Shown here one piece after another: positions 1-14,576 of a stretch of 64,000 nt of DNA; within the stretch, counting starts at the first letter, position 1, and every line of letters begins with the position of its first letter. Both the position numbers and the translations under genes were made by a program. The stretch comes from the human T2T-CHM13v2.0 reference genome, Homo sapiens, in NCBI RefSeq assembly GCF_009914755.1, contig NC_060927.1; one strand, 5' to 3'. The notes under the pieces are model-generated. The model worked only from the letters and a program-made list of their open reading frames with translations. It did not search any database and was not told the DNA's origin.

Positions 1-2146
1 AAATAACCAGAGAAAGGAATAAAGGAACATGTTTTAGACAGCTGTTTGAAAGTGACTTTGATTTTATTGTATTTATTACATTGCCTTGTCAATTTGCTTG
101 TTTCTTTTCTCTCTCCTTTCCCATCCAAACAACCTTTCCTGGCTTCTTATTTCTTCTTCTCTGCATATTTCAAGCCTTTTGTCCATTCTGCCTTGTAGCA
201 AAACAACATAAAGAAACGCATAATAAGAAAACAGAGAAGTATTGTTTCTATGTTCAATTCTCCACATATTCACTGAACATCTATTCCCTGTCTAGCACAG
301 AAATCTTTGCTCTGACAGATCCAAAAAAAGCATCTGGCATGTTCATTACCCTCAAGGGTCTCTGTGGGAGGAATTCACATGAAATCATTATACATACATT
401 GTACAGGAAAATGATAATTGTCATACAATCAAGTGTCAAAAATTATGGCACAGCCATTAAGTGTTGCAGTGATCAAAAAAGGTGCTCAGAAAGGAGAGAG
501 ACATGAGCTGAGGCAAACACAGCCTTTTAGAAATGGATGTTCAGAGAGGCCTTTCATAGAGAGGGAGAATGGGGGTGTGGGGGACGGTGTGCAGGCCTGG
601 GAGAGCAGAGAAAGGACTGCGCAGAAGCATGTGGCGGGTGTGGAGAGCAGGTCAGGCACCAGCCCAGCAGGAGGTGAGTTGAATGGGAGGTAAGACTGGA
701 CACTTAACCCTTCCAGAGCATAGCTCAGCAGGTGATCAATACGTATGTGTTCAGCTGCATTGAGAGTAAAGGAGGAGGAGACACCCATGAGCTAATCTTC
801 TTGTGTTTCAGCTTCTTGTCAATGTGATCATTATGTCCTAGCCATGTAATAAGTGCATATAATAAAAACCTTTGTGAATTTGTAAACTGAAAGAGGCAAA
901 TACTGTTTTGTTAGGTCCACTGAAGAATAGAAATTTGGTGACTTTTTGATTAAGAATGTAAACACCTCTGTAAAATTATAGGAAAACAGAAGGTTGCATT
1001 TTTGGAAGGTGTGGTGGGGAACATAGTCCTAGCTTGCTACTGACTTCTCTATGTATATAGCTTTTCCTCCTCAAGCCACCTCTTTGGATGCCTTGTCTCT
1101 TTCAAGGTAGCTTTCGTCTCTGTTTGTAGCCTAGAACAGCATTCCATTTGAGAACCATGTTAAGCTGTCCCAAGGCTAAGTGTCGTGGAGTGCAGGTATT
1201 AGAGATCTTAAAACTACATATTTCTTTATGAGTTAAAGGCAGAGGGACCAGAACTGCCAGTACAGCTAAGCCCTTCTTTGAATAGTGGGTGCCTTATTAG
1301 TATTCATGAAGAGCATATCGATAACATCTTGACAGAGTTAAAGTTTCAACTTGAAGAGCTACTGCTTTTCAATAAGGAGCATATTTAAAGACACTTTTTG
1401 CATGACTAGTGAGTGAATTGCTTCTAAAATGAGAGTATTACTTTATTGAATGAGATATTTTTCATGTACTTTGTCTACAGTTTAGAATTGTCATTAGAAT
1501 TACAAGAAATAATAATGATTAGCACTTGTAGGGCTTTTATCTTCAAAGAGTTTTAGAGTTAATCTAATTTAATTGTCACTTGGCATCATCAGAGATGTGT
1601 ATTTGCTTTTCTACCATGAAAAGTGGTGTTCCCTTACCAGCCCCTTAATGCTTCCTTTTGGTATTTTCATGGTCTATGAGCTGTTTGTTCTATAGGAAAT
1701 AGAGAGTTGGCAGATTGAAGAGCTTTGTATTATAGCTCTTTTTCCCAGGTAAGCATTTGGGTTCTTTGAGCTGGGTTTCCTGGGTCCAGTTCTGGTTCCT
1801 CTACTTGCCATGTTATCCTGTGCATGTTACTTAACCCTGTTGCTTTAAGTGGAATTCATCACAGTAACTGCATCAGAGTGTTTTTGTGAGGATTAAATGA
1901 GAAGGTAAATATGTAGCAGTTAAATATTTAATAAATGTTAGTTGCATATCAGAATTTTAAAAAAAATTTAGGAGCATGTCATTCTGAGAAGTCATATGTG
2001 GTTAAGTGTTAGATGAGGAAATTATAAGCCAATAAATACCCTTTTCAGAAACTACTGTGCAGTAGGCTCCGTGCTAGGCACTGAGACCAAAAAGGTAGTG
2101 ATGGCACCTGCACTCTGAAGGTCACAACCTTTTGTGGACGTGGAGA

Positions 2147-2511
2147 TGTCTTAATCCATTTTATGTTGCTATAACAATACCACAAACTGAGTAATTTATA
2201 ATGAACAAAAGTTTATTTGGCTCACAGTTCTGGAGGCTGGGAATTACAAGAGCATGGGGCCAATATTTGGGGAAGGCTTTTGTGCATCATTATTCCATGG
2301 CAGAAGAGCAAGAGAGGATGAGAGTAAGAAGAGGCTAAACTTGCTTTAATAACAAACCCACTCTGGTGATGACTAATTCACTCCTACAATCACAACATTA
2401 ATCCAGTCACGAGGGCAGATCCCCCATGACTGCATTGCCTCTTGTTAGGCCCTACTTCCCAACACTGTTACTCTGGGGATTACCTTTGGAGGACACATTT
2501 CAATCAAAGCG
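2147..2511 (-). mobile_element. MaLR solo LTR (MST/MLT1A-like)
   Basis: tgtcttaatccatttt...tttatttggctcacagttctggaggctggga...ggacacatttcaa are MaLR LTR hallmarks. Confidence 0.8.
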
Positions 2512-3723
2512 GGGTGCAGGGGAGTTGTCAAAACACTATGATAAGTGCTTGACCTAACAGAATCAAGTACAATCAAAGCTCATAGCAGAGTGATGGACTT
2601 TGACTTAGGGCTTTCAGATAAAAGAAGAGATATTTGACCCGGGTCTTGGAGGATGAGAAGGACTTTCAGAGAAAATGGGAGACTTTTAAGGTGAGAAGGA
2701 GAAAGGCTTCAAATTTGGAGTATTTGCTGTTTTCTGTGGCAGCAGGACCCCTTGAAAGACTGAAAGCAAGGTGTGATTTGAAAGTCCCAGAACTCTTTAG
2801 AAAGAATGAAAGCAGGTGGGTCCAATTTGTGTGGAAGTACTAGAGTTTCCACTATGTTACAGTGTCTTTGGGCTGGTTTTTCCTCTCCTCCGTAGACTCT
2901 GGAGAAGGCTGTGCGGTTTTGTAGTCTTAATTGGACCCAGAAGAGGCCCTATTTGTGGTTAGAATATGTAGTTGTCTAGCAGTGGTATTTAATGGGCCTC
3001 CCATACTCTCCTGTTTCACTGGGCGTGAATTTTAATGACCAGGATTTGAGTGGAATTTCATTGGACTTTTAGGAAACAGTTTAAAATACCACCGTGACAC
3101 AGTTCAGTGTATACTAATGTTTTAATGATTAAAGTGTAACTGATTGCCTAAATTGTAAGACAAGACAATAGATGAGAGGATCTTATTCACAAAATTTATG
3201 ACGGTGCCAAGGCACTGTTTCTGACTGTGTATCACTCAGACAAAGGAAAGGAAACTCTCCATCTTTCTTTTTCAGTTTCTGAGGCTGCAGATTATATCAT
3301 CTGGGCAGCATATGGATCACTATCAAATGGGAGACATCTATGCTCCCTTTTGAATGACATCTTAGGATGAGTTTAAGTGAGCAGATGCTGCCTGTTAATC
3401 CCATGCTTCCCAGTCTAAAAAGCTTGTTGAGTAAAGGGTGGATTTGCCAACAGTGAACGAGAATCTTCTAGACACTGTGCTGGGTATTACATGTGTTCTC
3501 ACAGTAGAGCTATTATTATTTAGTTTTAACATGAGGAAAGATCAGCACAAGTATTAACTTTCCAACAGGTAGTTTGTGGTAGAGGCAGGATTCTAAAGGA
3601 AGCCTATCAGGCTCCAGTGTCCTTTTTTTTTCTTCTTCTTTTAATAAATATGGCATTTGCTTTGTACTCTTTCCTTCTAAAATCTTTCTTCTTTAAGTTT
3701 CTCATGAAGTCTGACCTCAGTAA

Positions 3724-4048
<325 letters not shown>

Positions 4049-6120
4049 TTGGCTTGCTACATTTGAAGAATATAATTAAATGAAATTTTTCCTAATCTGT
4101 CAATTTACATTGAATTCAGTACAATGAATGTCAATTTAGGGTCACCTGTCCTGCCATACACAGAAAGGGGGCAAAGGGGGTACACATGGGTTGGTTTTTT
4201 TTTCACAAGGTAAATTTTGGTAGGGGGCTTTATATCATCATTTGACAGTCTCAGCAGCATAATTTGATGATGTTTAGTTTTTCAAGTACAGAGTCCATTG
4301 ATAGTTAAATAACCTGATTTCAATTATTCTAAAATTGCAATGCAGAATGGAAGAATAACGTCTTTTGAATAAAGTCCAACATTTGCTTCATTTACTGCAT
4401 AGAGGTTATTAGCTTAATTTGCTCTTGTTCTAAGACCAAGAAACCAAACTTTAAAATGTGTGGGCTTTTTAGTGGCAAAATAATGACAAGATTAGTCCTC
4501 TGTCACTTCAAAAATTAACAATTTTACCTCCTCCTCATTGTTGAAGTAAGATGAGTGATAACATTGTCTCAAAATTATGCTTTCTTTGCCCTTGTCTTTC
4601 CCACTTTTTTTCATCTTTTTAAAATGATTCTCTCTTGCTTTCTCATTACTTCTGAATCATAATCAGGAACATCATTTCCCTTCACTGTTTTGCCTTCTTT
4701 CAATAATTTGAACATAGATCCATAAGGAATTAAGAAAGAATTAGATAACTATAAATTATTAAAGTGCACAGTTTATACTTTGAGGTATTTCATAGTTATT
4801 AGATCAATTACAGTACATTTTTCTTGATTTTTCATCTGAGGTATACCATTTCCAATTCACTTACTGTTTTATTCATCTTCTGTACCTGCTAAAAATGTAC
4901 CTACTTTGTTCCAGGCCCTGTACTAGGGGTTGCCAGCCTTATTTCTCCCCAAGCCTGTGCATCTGGTGGTTCTCAGACATCACATGCCACCTTGGTCTGT
5001 GTGTCTGAGCTGTGCACAGTTTTCAATTCCCTTTGTTTCCCACTTAGAAAAGAATATCTGAATTCAGGAAAGTGTAAGAAATTGTAGTTAATCTTGAAGC
5101 TATCCTGGAGAATATAAATAGTGAATCATCATCACAATTTGGCACAGGAGTTTGTGTCATTGTTTGTGACAATCCTCACAACTAACTGATCTTAATGATC
5201 TGATGTGCCAGGATGTTTCTGAGTATAGTCTTGGACCATTAAGAAAAAGGCCTAGCAATGGAGGTATGATGTATCTAAATAATTATAATTGAAGGGAAAA
5301 TGTGGTAAGTGCCATTAGCAATGTAGAGTCTTTCTAATGTATTTCTGGGTGAGAAAGATTAATTTCTGGAGTATCAGAAAAGACATTTTCTCCAAAGTGG
5401 TATGTGAGCTACGTGGGAAGAATTAGAAATGAGGGAGGACTGAATGCGATTATTTTGAACCCAGAAAGAAGCCACATATAACCCTCATTAATTTGATTCT
5501 TGAGACCCTGTTTTTCTCTTTGAATATTGAAATTACATGTATATACACAAAGGTGCACACATATCCACACATATATATACATTCACACATAGTTAAATAA
5601 TAATTTAATTCAAAATTTTGGGGGCTAAAGATTTATTTTTCTCTTGGCAGTGGCAATCACTTTACCCTCTCCAACTGATAGAAGTTGCCTTACTTACAGT
5701 TTCCCACTGATTTCTTTTACTGTTTAAAATATTAGACCCTTAAATGGGTTTAACTACCACTCAAGCAACTCATCCTGAAGTGATTACTATGTCACAGAAA
5801 CAACCATTTCCTCTTCTTTCTATACAGCATTGGCATTTCTGGAAATTGAGTTACCTGTGCCAACTTTTATTTGTAGATAGAATGGGAATTGTTAAATGGA
5901 CTATCAATTCACAAGAAATCTTCTCTTATTAAGAGCACACCAGATACCTAATTCCATTTAGTTTTCAATAACTTCTTGTATTCTTGAGTCAGCCACACAA
6001 GTCATGTAATTGCTTCAGATATTCCAGCATGAGCTTCTTGCTAAGAATGCCACAAGAACATGTTTTTCTTTTCCCCCTTTCTTTTTCTTGACTGGACATA
6101 GCTTTTAATAAATTAATGAA

Positions 6121-6417
<297 letters not shown>

Positions 6418-6679
6418 TTAATCAGAACTTTTATTAAAAATGAAGATTTTTTTAGAAAATGATTTTATTAAAATGAGTTATTGTAGCATAATAATCTTTT
6501 CATCAATAGTAGACTCAGTAAATTGTGATACATTCATGTTTTAGAATATAACACAATTATTTTAGAATTAGAACAATCGACATATATTTACCTACATAGA
6601 AGAGTATGATATATGCAGCTTAAATTTTTTAATGGCTGTTTATTGATATATTTGTATATTTAAAAAGATGTAGAATGAT

Positions 6680-7040
6680 ATAGTCCCTAAGGACATTGAA
6701 ATTGGTCAAAGGATAGGCAAGCAGTTGGAGGGAGGTTATTAACAGAAGAGAATCCAGAAATAGGCTCATATACATGTGATAATTTAATATAGGATAGAAG
6801 GAATAATGAAAAGCTGGATTATTTAATAAATGGTATTGGTATAGTTGGCTAGCTATTTTTTTTTAAAAAAGAAGCTAGATCCTTACCTCACTTATTTTAT
6901 CAAAATGAATCCCAGATTAATCAAGTATTTAAATGTTTAAGTTGAAGTTGTACAAGTTCTAGGAGAAAACATTGGTGAATAATTTTTTGAAGTAAGGAAG
7001 ACCTAGGCATGACCCAGAATCCAGAAATAAGGAAGACAGA
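6680..7040 (+). mobile_element. Ancient L1M ORF2 fragment
   Basis: Degenerate match to the L1 segment ccagaaata...tttaataaatggt...gctagatccttacctcac...aggagaaaacat. Confidence 0.65.
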
Positions 7041-8187
7041 TAACCTATACCATATTCTCTGAACGGCTTGAGAACTAGATGAATCTTTATATTATGTGTT
7101 CATTAATCCCAGTTTCTGTTTTAACATCGTGTTAAAAGTTTAATGGTACCACTTCTCAAGCATTTGGACTAATGCAAACATACTGAGCAAATAGGCTGCT
7201 ACCTGGTAATTTTAGCAACTGTACTTGTGTTTGTATTGTCAGCATTCATGAACCATTTAAACCAATGGCATTTAATTGTATTGTTTGAGTTTTTCCATGA
7301 CAGTAATTTCTATTTTAACATTACTTTGAATGAGTGAATGAATGAATGAGAAGTAACATCAGAAAAAAAGTTGTGAGAAAACATACAGGAAACTAACATG
7401 CAGTTACCTCTGGACCATGGTGCAGGACATGATGGAGAGGGCAAACCTCGTTTTATGCTATTTTCACCTGTTTAATAGAAATATGTATTGCTTTTATCAT
7501 GGAGAAGAACTTTTTTTTACATCAATGAAAAGTAATTCAGAATTTTAGGCTTCTAAAAGATTTTTGTCACGTTTATAGCTTGGCCATTGCTTGGCCATTT
7601 CTTAGCTTAGCCAACTGCCCAAATCTAAAATGTTGGATTCTTACAAATTACTCATTTTATTTAGTAATATTGTAAGCACAGATTTAACATGGTATAGAAT
7701 GCAAAATTCATGTAAATCATTATAGTAAAATAGCCATCAGAGAATGCCTGGGGGGCAAGCCCCTGTGAACTCTTCAACTCTCTTGGGAGGCATCCTTCAT
7801 GTTCTTCTGATGGGAAATTGAGAAACGCTTCCCTGAGTAAATACACACAGGTGAAGACAACTGGTAACATCCTTAAGCTTACTGGGGTTTTAGGTTCAGA
7901 AGCTATGGAGAGGAGGGAAGTAGATTTCACAAAACGCAAATTTTATTAGCTCCATTTAGCCCACTAAAATGAATGTTTCATTATGTATTTTGGATTCATT
8001 ATGTATTATGTATTTATCTACCAGTAAATGAGCTGATAGTATAGTCATTAAAATTATAATCTAATTAATCCTAAAGGGAGCTAAATAAACTAATTGTAAT
8101 CAAATTTACTTTGATTTATCTCGGTGTCTCTCTTTCTCTCCCTGTTTCCCTGTTTCTCTCTCTCTCTTCCTATTACAGGTCACAGTA

Positions 8188-8349
8188 ATGAAAGGCAGTA
8201 ATAGAAATAAGGATCATTCAGCAGAAGGAGAAGGGGTTGGAAAACGACCAAAACGAAAGTGTCTTCAGTGGCATCCATTGCTAGCAAAGAAACTTCTTGA
8301 TTTTTCAGAAGAGGAAGAAGAGGAAGACGAAGAGGAGGATATTGATAAG
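8188..8349 (+). CDS. BBX: BBX first coding exon (exon spans 8179-8349 with 9 nt of 5'UTR); codons 1-54 with basic NLS-like KRPKRK and acidic tract
   Basis: Long CT-rich polypyrimidine tract then tacAG|G at 8178/8179; ATG at 8188; translation MKGSNRNKDHSAEGEGVGKRPKRK...EEEDIDK matches the BBX N-terminus as I recall it; donor AAG|GTAAGT at 8349; 162 nt, phase 0. Confidence 0.96.
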
Positions 8350-8999
8350 GTAAGTCCTATATTTACCATAGAAGTTTCAAGTTTATTAGAGCAAATCATA
8401 ATCTAGAAACAATAGTGAACATGAATGATATTACAAAAGTGTTTCCAAAAGCCTGTATAGCTTGAATCCTATTCAATTACTTAGTTTACATTTTTATTCC
8501 AATTCTTGATTGCTCTTAAAGTATTTGTACTTCCTAATAGTGTAGACTGAGACACATCCTTTTAAATACGATTTTTGTCACCTAACTAATGATTTGTGGG
8601 TAATGTTCAAATACATTGAGATGGGGATGTTCCTAAAACTTGATGTGCTCATCTGACGTTCTACCCTGTGGCTCTTCTGGCCTCTCTGTCTTGGCTTCTG
8701 GCCTCGCCCTGCTACCATTGGCAGTCTTAGAACTGCTCTCTTTGTCTCTATCCGTGGCCTTCACAGCTTCTGGCTGCACTTGCCCCCAGTCTTTGTGATG
8801 ACTCATTCCTCCTAGTCCTTTCTCTGGCATCAGGCCTCAGCAGCTGGCTCTTCAGTCACATAACCATGCAGGTGACTTAAGAAATCGTCTCAAGTGTTCG
8901 TCCCACCCAACTCATTCAAAGTCAAAAGATTTTCTTCATGGCACTTATTGCTATTTGCCATGTATTTAGCTGTATACTTATTTATGTCTGTCTTCTCTC

Positions 9000-11170
9000 A
9001 GACCAGAATAGAAGCTCAGTATAAGAACAGGGGCCTTGCCTGTCTCGTCCTTTCCTCTTGCCTCAGAAATGAGAATGGTGCCTGGCACATAGTAGGTATT
9101 AAATATAGATGTATGCTGAATGAAAGAATAAATGAGTACATATTTTGTGTCACTACGAATTTTATAAACATGTTTTTAATATTTTTCAGGCCTTTGACAT
9201 CCATTCAGTCTCTCTTGGCTTTCATCAGGAATTAAAAACAATTTTACTCTTTTTCAGACATCATCTGGATACCCTCTAAGGTCTCTCTTACTAATGACCT
9301 TTTCTCCTTTTTCACAGAGAAAATAGAGGCCACCAGAAGTTACTCTTTTAGCTTCCTGTACACATCTATGTAATTGTCTCACTCCTTACTAATCTTTCCT
9401 TCCACCTTTCCTGTTTCAGAGAAACAGGTTTTATTCTTCTTACTTGAGGGTATTATCAAGCTTGTACTTAATTTCATTTTTTAAACACATTTGCATGTGT
9501 TGATCACTTGGTCATTGAAGCAGTCTCCTGTTTCCATGAGGGCACCCACTCCTGTTTCTCTTCCTTCTTTCCTTTGGCCACCCACACCTGTTTCTATTTA
9601 TCCTTTCTTTTTTTTTTAGAAAGGGTCTCACTGTATTGCCCAGGCTATAGTACAGTGGCACCATTTCAGCTCACTGTAGCTTCCATCCACCTCCCAGGCT
9701 CAAGCAGTCTTCCCACTTCAGCTCCCTGAATAGTTGGGACCACAGGCACACACCACTAAGCCCAGCTAATTTTGTTTATATTTTGTAAAGACAGAGTCTG
9801 ACTATGTTGCCCAGGCTGGTCTGGAACTCATGGCTTCAAGCAATCCTCCCTTCTCAACCTTTCAAAGTGCTGGGATTATAGGCACAAGCCACCATGTCTG
9901 GCCCCTCTTTCTATTTCTACCTTCCCCACTGTTCCTTCCTAGTTTCTTTCAGTTAATGTCCCTGCATTATTTACCCTTCAAATGATTGTGTTCTCTAGGC
10001 CTCCAATCTTAATTTCTACCTCCATCCTGGACTTTTCTTCTGAACTCTGGACTCATATTTCTATTTACTTGGTATATCCATTAGTTATCAACTAGAAATC
10101 TCAGTTTGAATGAATTCAAAATTAAGCTTTTGCTTTTCTTCTCCCAACCTTCTCCTGCATCTTCCCTTTCTCAGTAAAGGGCAACTGCAACATTCCCATT
10201 TGTCCGACCTGAGACCTTGTAGTTCATACTTTGCTGCTTTATTTTGCTCAAACTTCACATCCATCCATTAGCAAATCCTCTCAGACTCTACCTTCAAGAT
10301 ATGTTCACAGTTTTGTTGCCCTTTTAACAGTTCCTTCCTGTACCACCTTGATCCAAGCCACCACCATTTCTAGCAGAGATTATTGTATCTACCTCCCTCT
10401 CTCCCGGCCTCTGCTCTTGCCCTCCTGCAGTCCATTCTCAACAAAGCAGCCAGAGGAATCCCTTCAAAATGTAAGGCCAGTTGTGCGGCTCCTGTTTCTG
10501 TGAGGGCAGGGACTCTGTGTGCTCACTGCTCTCTGTGCTCACTGTGTGCTCACAGCACCTAGAAGAGTGGCTGGCTCATAGCAGGAACCCAGTAAATATT
10601 TATTGGGGGAGGGATTAAAGTCATTGAGTCCTCTTCTCTTTTCACTCACACTCAGTGGTCTAGTCCATACTTTTAGTCTTAGCACCTTCTGCATATTGGT
10701 ATCTCATATTATTATCCTGCAGACATAGGTATCCACACAGCATTCCCCATAGCCACTTCAAATTCAGCCTGCCCAGCACTGATCTTTCTACTCTCCACCT
10801 GGCTGATTTCTCTCATTTGAGAACAATTATTTTTTGTTGTATATGAAGAAACTTTGCCACCCAAGCCAGAATCACTCTTCCTTTTTCTGCCTTCAGATCC
10901 AATTAGTTACCAGCCACTCTTGTTTCTGCCTCATAAATATTGTCCCTGTTCTCACTTCTCTGTTCCCATTACTGCTGCCTAGATTTCAGCCCTATCCCTT
11001 TTTTGCCTGGACAGCTGGAATACATTTTTAACTGGGTTTTCTAGTTTGGGTTGCTTCTAGTTTTACTCTTAAAATTCATGCTGTTGTTAGAAGTTATCTC
11101 CTTAAAATACAATCTAATGATGTCCCTCCACTGCTTAAAGTCACTCATGGCTCTCCATTACATCAATCCA
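9000..11170 (+). mobile_element. Fragmented L2 relics, interrupted by an AluJ
   Basis: L2-like pyrimidine-rich motifs (catccatccattagcaaatcc, gatccaagccaccaccatttc) and 3' ends (cctggcacatagtagg...tgaatgaa); boundaries approximate. Confidence 0.55.
9604..9903 (-). mobile_element. AluJ
   Basis: Diverged antisense dimeric Alu with J-type ccaggctcaagc. Confidence 0.9.
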
Positions 11171-11649
11171 GCTGTGGGAACTAGTGTTGATTTTTCTTAG
11201 AAAATATTAATGAGCTCCTGGGGAAAGAAAAATAAGTTCTAAACTCTAAGAGCGTTTTTATTTGTATTTTGTTATTCATGTATTTATGTATTTACTTTTT
11301 GATTAATAAAATAATTACATTAAATAGCAATTAAAACATTTTTCGATGTTCATAGTTGGCAGAATGAAAAGTTGACAAACTGTGTCAAATCAAATGTTTT
11401 TATTGGTCCATACAGTTCCAAACTGCTGGTTTACAGGATCAAATGCATGCGTTTAAATATGGCAGAGCACATTCTTCATGAAGTGGCACAGATCATCTTC
11501 TTCATCCTTGTCTCCTGAAGCCCTGTTCTCTTTTACATACCAGTGTTGTCGAACTGCAAGTTAATGTTCAGATAAACCAGCAAGACTTAATCCCTGTTAG
11601 TTCCCCATGTCTCTCCATTGACGACCTGACACATTCTGATTTGTTTCTC

Positions 11650-12070
<421 letters not shown>

Positions 12071-12486
12071 TAGTGCTTTGTTATCTTGCTGGTTTCTTGT
12101 TGCAGTCAGCACACTGCTTTTAAATTTATGTTTATATGGTTTTCCCCCTCCCAAAACATGAGGTCCTTTGTCCATCTGTTACACGTTGAATTTTATAATT
12201 TAATAACTGAATGAAAAGTTACTCTTTTCTGAAGGGGAAATATAATTGCTTCTTCATCTTATATATTAATAGTACACTTTTTAGTTTTTTTTAGCTTCCT
12301 AGTTTCAGAATGCTAAATAAAACTCGCTTGAAAAATGCAAATTATTGTTACCATTATATACATAATGAGGAAGATAAATATGTAGGCTTCACCCCAATAA
12401 TAATTCCTAACATATTTCCAAATTAGATGGCTATGACCTCAAGATTTTTTCTGTACTCTTTGTGTTTGAAGATAATTAATGGTTAA

Positions 12487-12809
<323 letters not shown>

Positions 12810-12919
12810 AAGACTTTTTAAAAATACCAGTTGGATTAAGCAGGTGATTAGTCCTAAAGTATCTGCTTGTAACAATTGCCCAATAAACATTGTAATAAAA
12901 GAACATGGTTGCCTTAAAG

Positions 12920-13110
12920 TTGTGGTTCTCAGAGAGTGATCCTCAAACCAGTAATATCAGCATCACCTGGGAACTTGTTAGAGATACAAATTCTCAGGAC
13001 CCACTCCATACCTCAGAATTGGAAACTCTGGGAATGGGATTTAGAACCTGTGTTTTAACAGAACCTCCAGGGATTCCAATGCATACTCAAGTTTAAGAAT
13101 TAACCACTCT
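12920..13110. mobile_element. MER5A (hAT-Charlie MITE)
   Basis: gtggttctca...atcagcatcacctgggaacttgttaga...aaccact. Confidence 0.8.
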
Positions 13111-13135
13111 GCTGCATAATGCAGACTAATGGTTA

Positions 13136-13211
13136 CAAGTTGAGTATCCCTAATCCAAAAATTCGAAACACTTCTGGTCCCAAGCATTTTAGATAAGGGA
13201 TACTTAACCTG
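13136..13211. mobile_element. Internally deleted Tigger4/Zombi MITE (76 bp)
   Basis: TIRs caagttgagtatccctaatccaaaa and ttttagataagggatacttaacctg; TA on the left flank. Confidence 0.8.
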
Positions 13212-14333
13212 CAATTTGTCCTTCTTGATTTTAATTTTGAAACCAGAAATTAAGGAAATGGGTTTAGTAAACATTGTGGACTTCTGTTTATAGTTACATT
13301 GTTTCTAAGAAACATTATAGAATCATTTTTTCCTTAGAAAATATTTTACAATCATAATATGTTCTGAGATTCTGTAATCAGAGATGGGCTTTAAGAAAGT
13401 TAACCTGGCAGCCATGTGCAAGAAGTATTGTAAAGAAGATGAAAAACGGGAAGACTAGGCGTAGGCCAAAGTGGTACTAGGGCAGTGGGAATGAGAATCA
13501 CCCAGATGGAATGGACAGATTCGGAGCTTTGTAGAAGTCCTCGAAGACCTTGAACAATGATTGAATGAAGAGTAGGATAAAAGAGGATTCAAAATTGATT
13601 TTGAAGGTTTAAGCCTAGAGGAGTTTATTCCTATCACCAGAGCATTTCACTAAACAAGAAAGCTTGAGATTTACAAGTTTGAAGATTTATTGTGTAGTTC
13701 TTCTTTCAAATAATCATGTTAAATATCGATTTTGATTTTTTTACACAAGACTCTACTTGTGATGCTTGCAGAAACATTGAGTAGTCTATATTACCTTTTT
13801 ATGTCTTACTTTCATGTTAAATAGTCTCATATTATTAGTTGTAGAAAAAGGCACTTTTCAAAGCAGAGAAAGACAAAGGTACTATTCATATATTTTATGT
13901 GGATGTTGTTAATCTTGATGCCCATTAACCATAGAATGGGTTTATTCATTCATTCCACAATTAATTAAGTACTAATATTATATCAGACATTGAGCTAGGC
14001 ACTATGGTTGTAAAGGTGAATAAGAGCTTTTGTCCTCAAAGAGCTCACTGTTTAGTGAGAGAGAAAAAAATGTAAACAATTATAACACAATGTAATATAT
14101 GCTGTAATAGAGACATGCACAGGTTGCTATAGAAACTAAGCAGAAGGATACATCATAAGTTAGTTACCAACCATGAACAGTGGTTGTTGATTTTTTAAAA
14201 TTATATTTTTTTCAATGTGTAAGTTGTTTAAATGGAGCTAAGAAAAAAATACAATTTGCAAACCAAGACTAACTGTTAAATCAAAATTATCCAAAATATG
14301 TTAAAGATCTGGCTTTGTTTTTGGTGGTAATAG

Positions 14334-14576
14334 GTTCAACTTCTTGGGGCCGATGGCCTAGAGCAAGATGTTGGTGAAACTGAAGATGATGAATCACCAG
14401 AGCAGCGAGCCCGGAGACCAATGAATGCATTTCTTTTATTTTGCAAACGCCATCGCTCTCTTGTACGTCAGGAACACCCCAGGCTTGATAACCGAGGTGC
14501 TACCAAGATACTAGCTGATTGGTGGGCTGTTCTTGATCCAAAGGAAAAGCAGAAATACACAGACATGGCCAAGGAG
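14334..14576 (+). CDS. BBX: BBX coding exon 2, codons 55-135; most of the HMG box ([17 protein letters not shown]...[21 protein letters not shown])
   Basis: aatAG|GTT acceptor and GAG|GTAGGT donor; 243 nt, phase 0-0; SOX/TCF/HBP1-type HMG signature RPMNAF. Confidence 0.97.

Noticed and set aside
671-695. Two consensus-like donors (GAG|GTGAGT and GAG|GTAAGA) as an alternative 5'UTR exon
   Set aside because: No convincing paired acceptor identified; such motifs are common in introns.
76-788. Overlapping 65-141 aa ORFs at the window start
   Set aside because: No recognisable domain, several rely on non-ATG starts, and the composition is typical of intron or old repeat DNA.
10513-10555. Short TGTGCTCAC x3 repeat (and CCTGTGT x4 near 36434)
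   Set aside because: Small slippage repeats within or beside old L2/MIR sequence; no sign of function.
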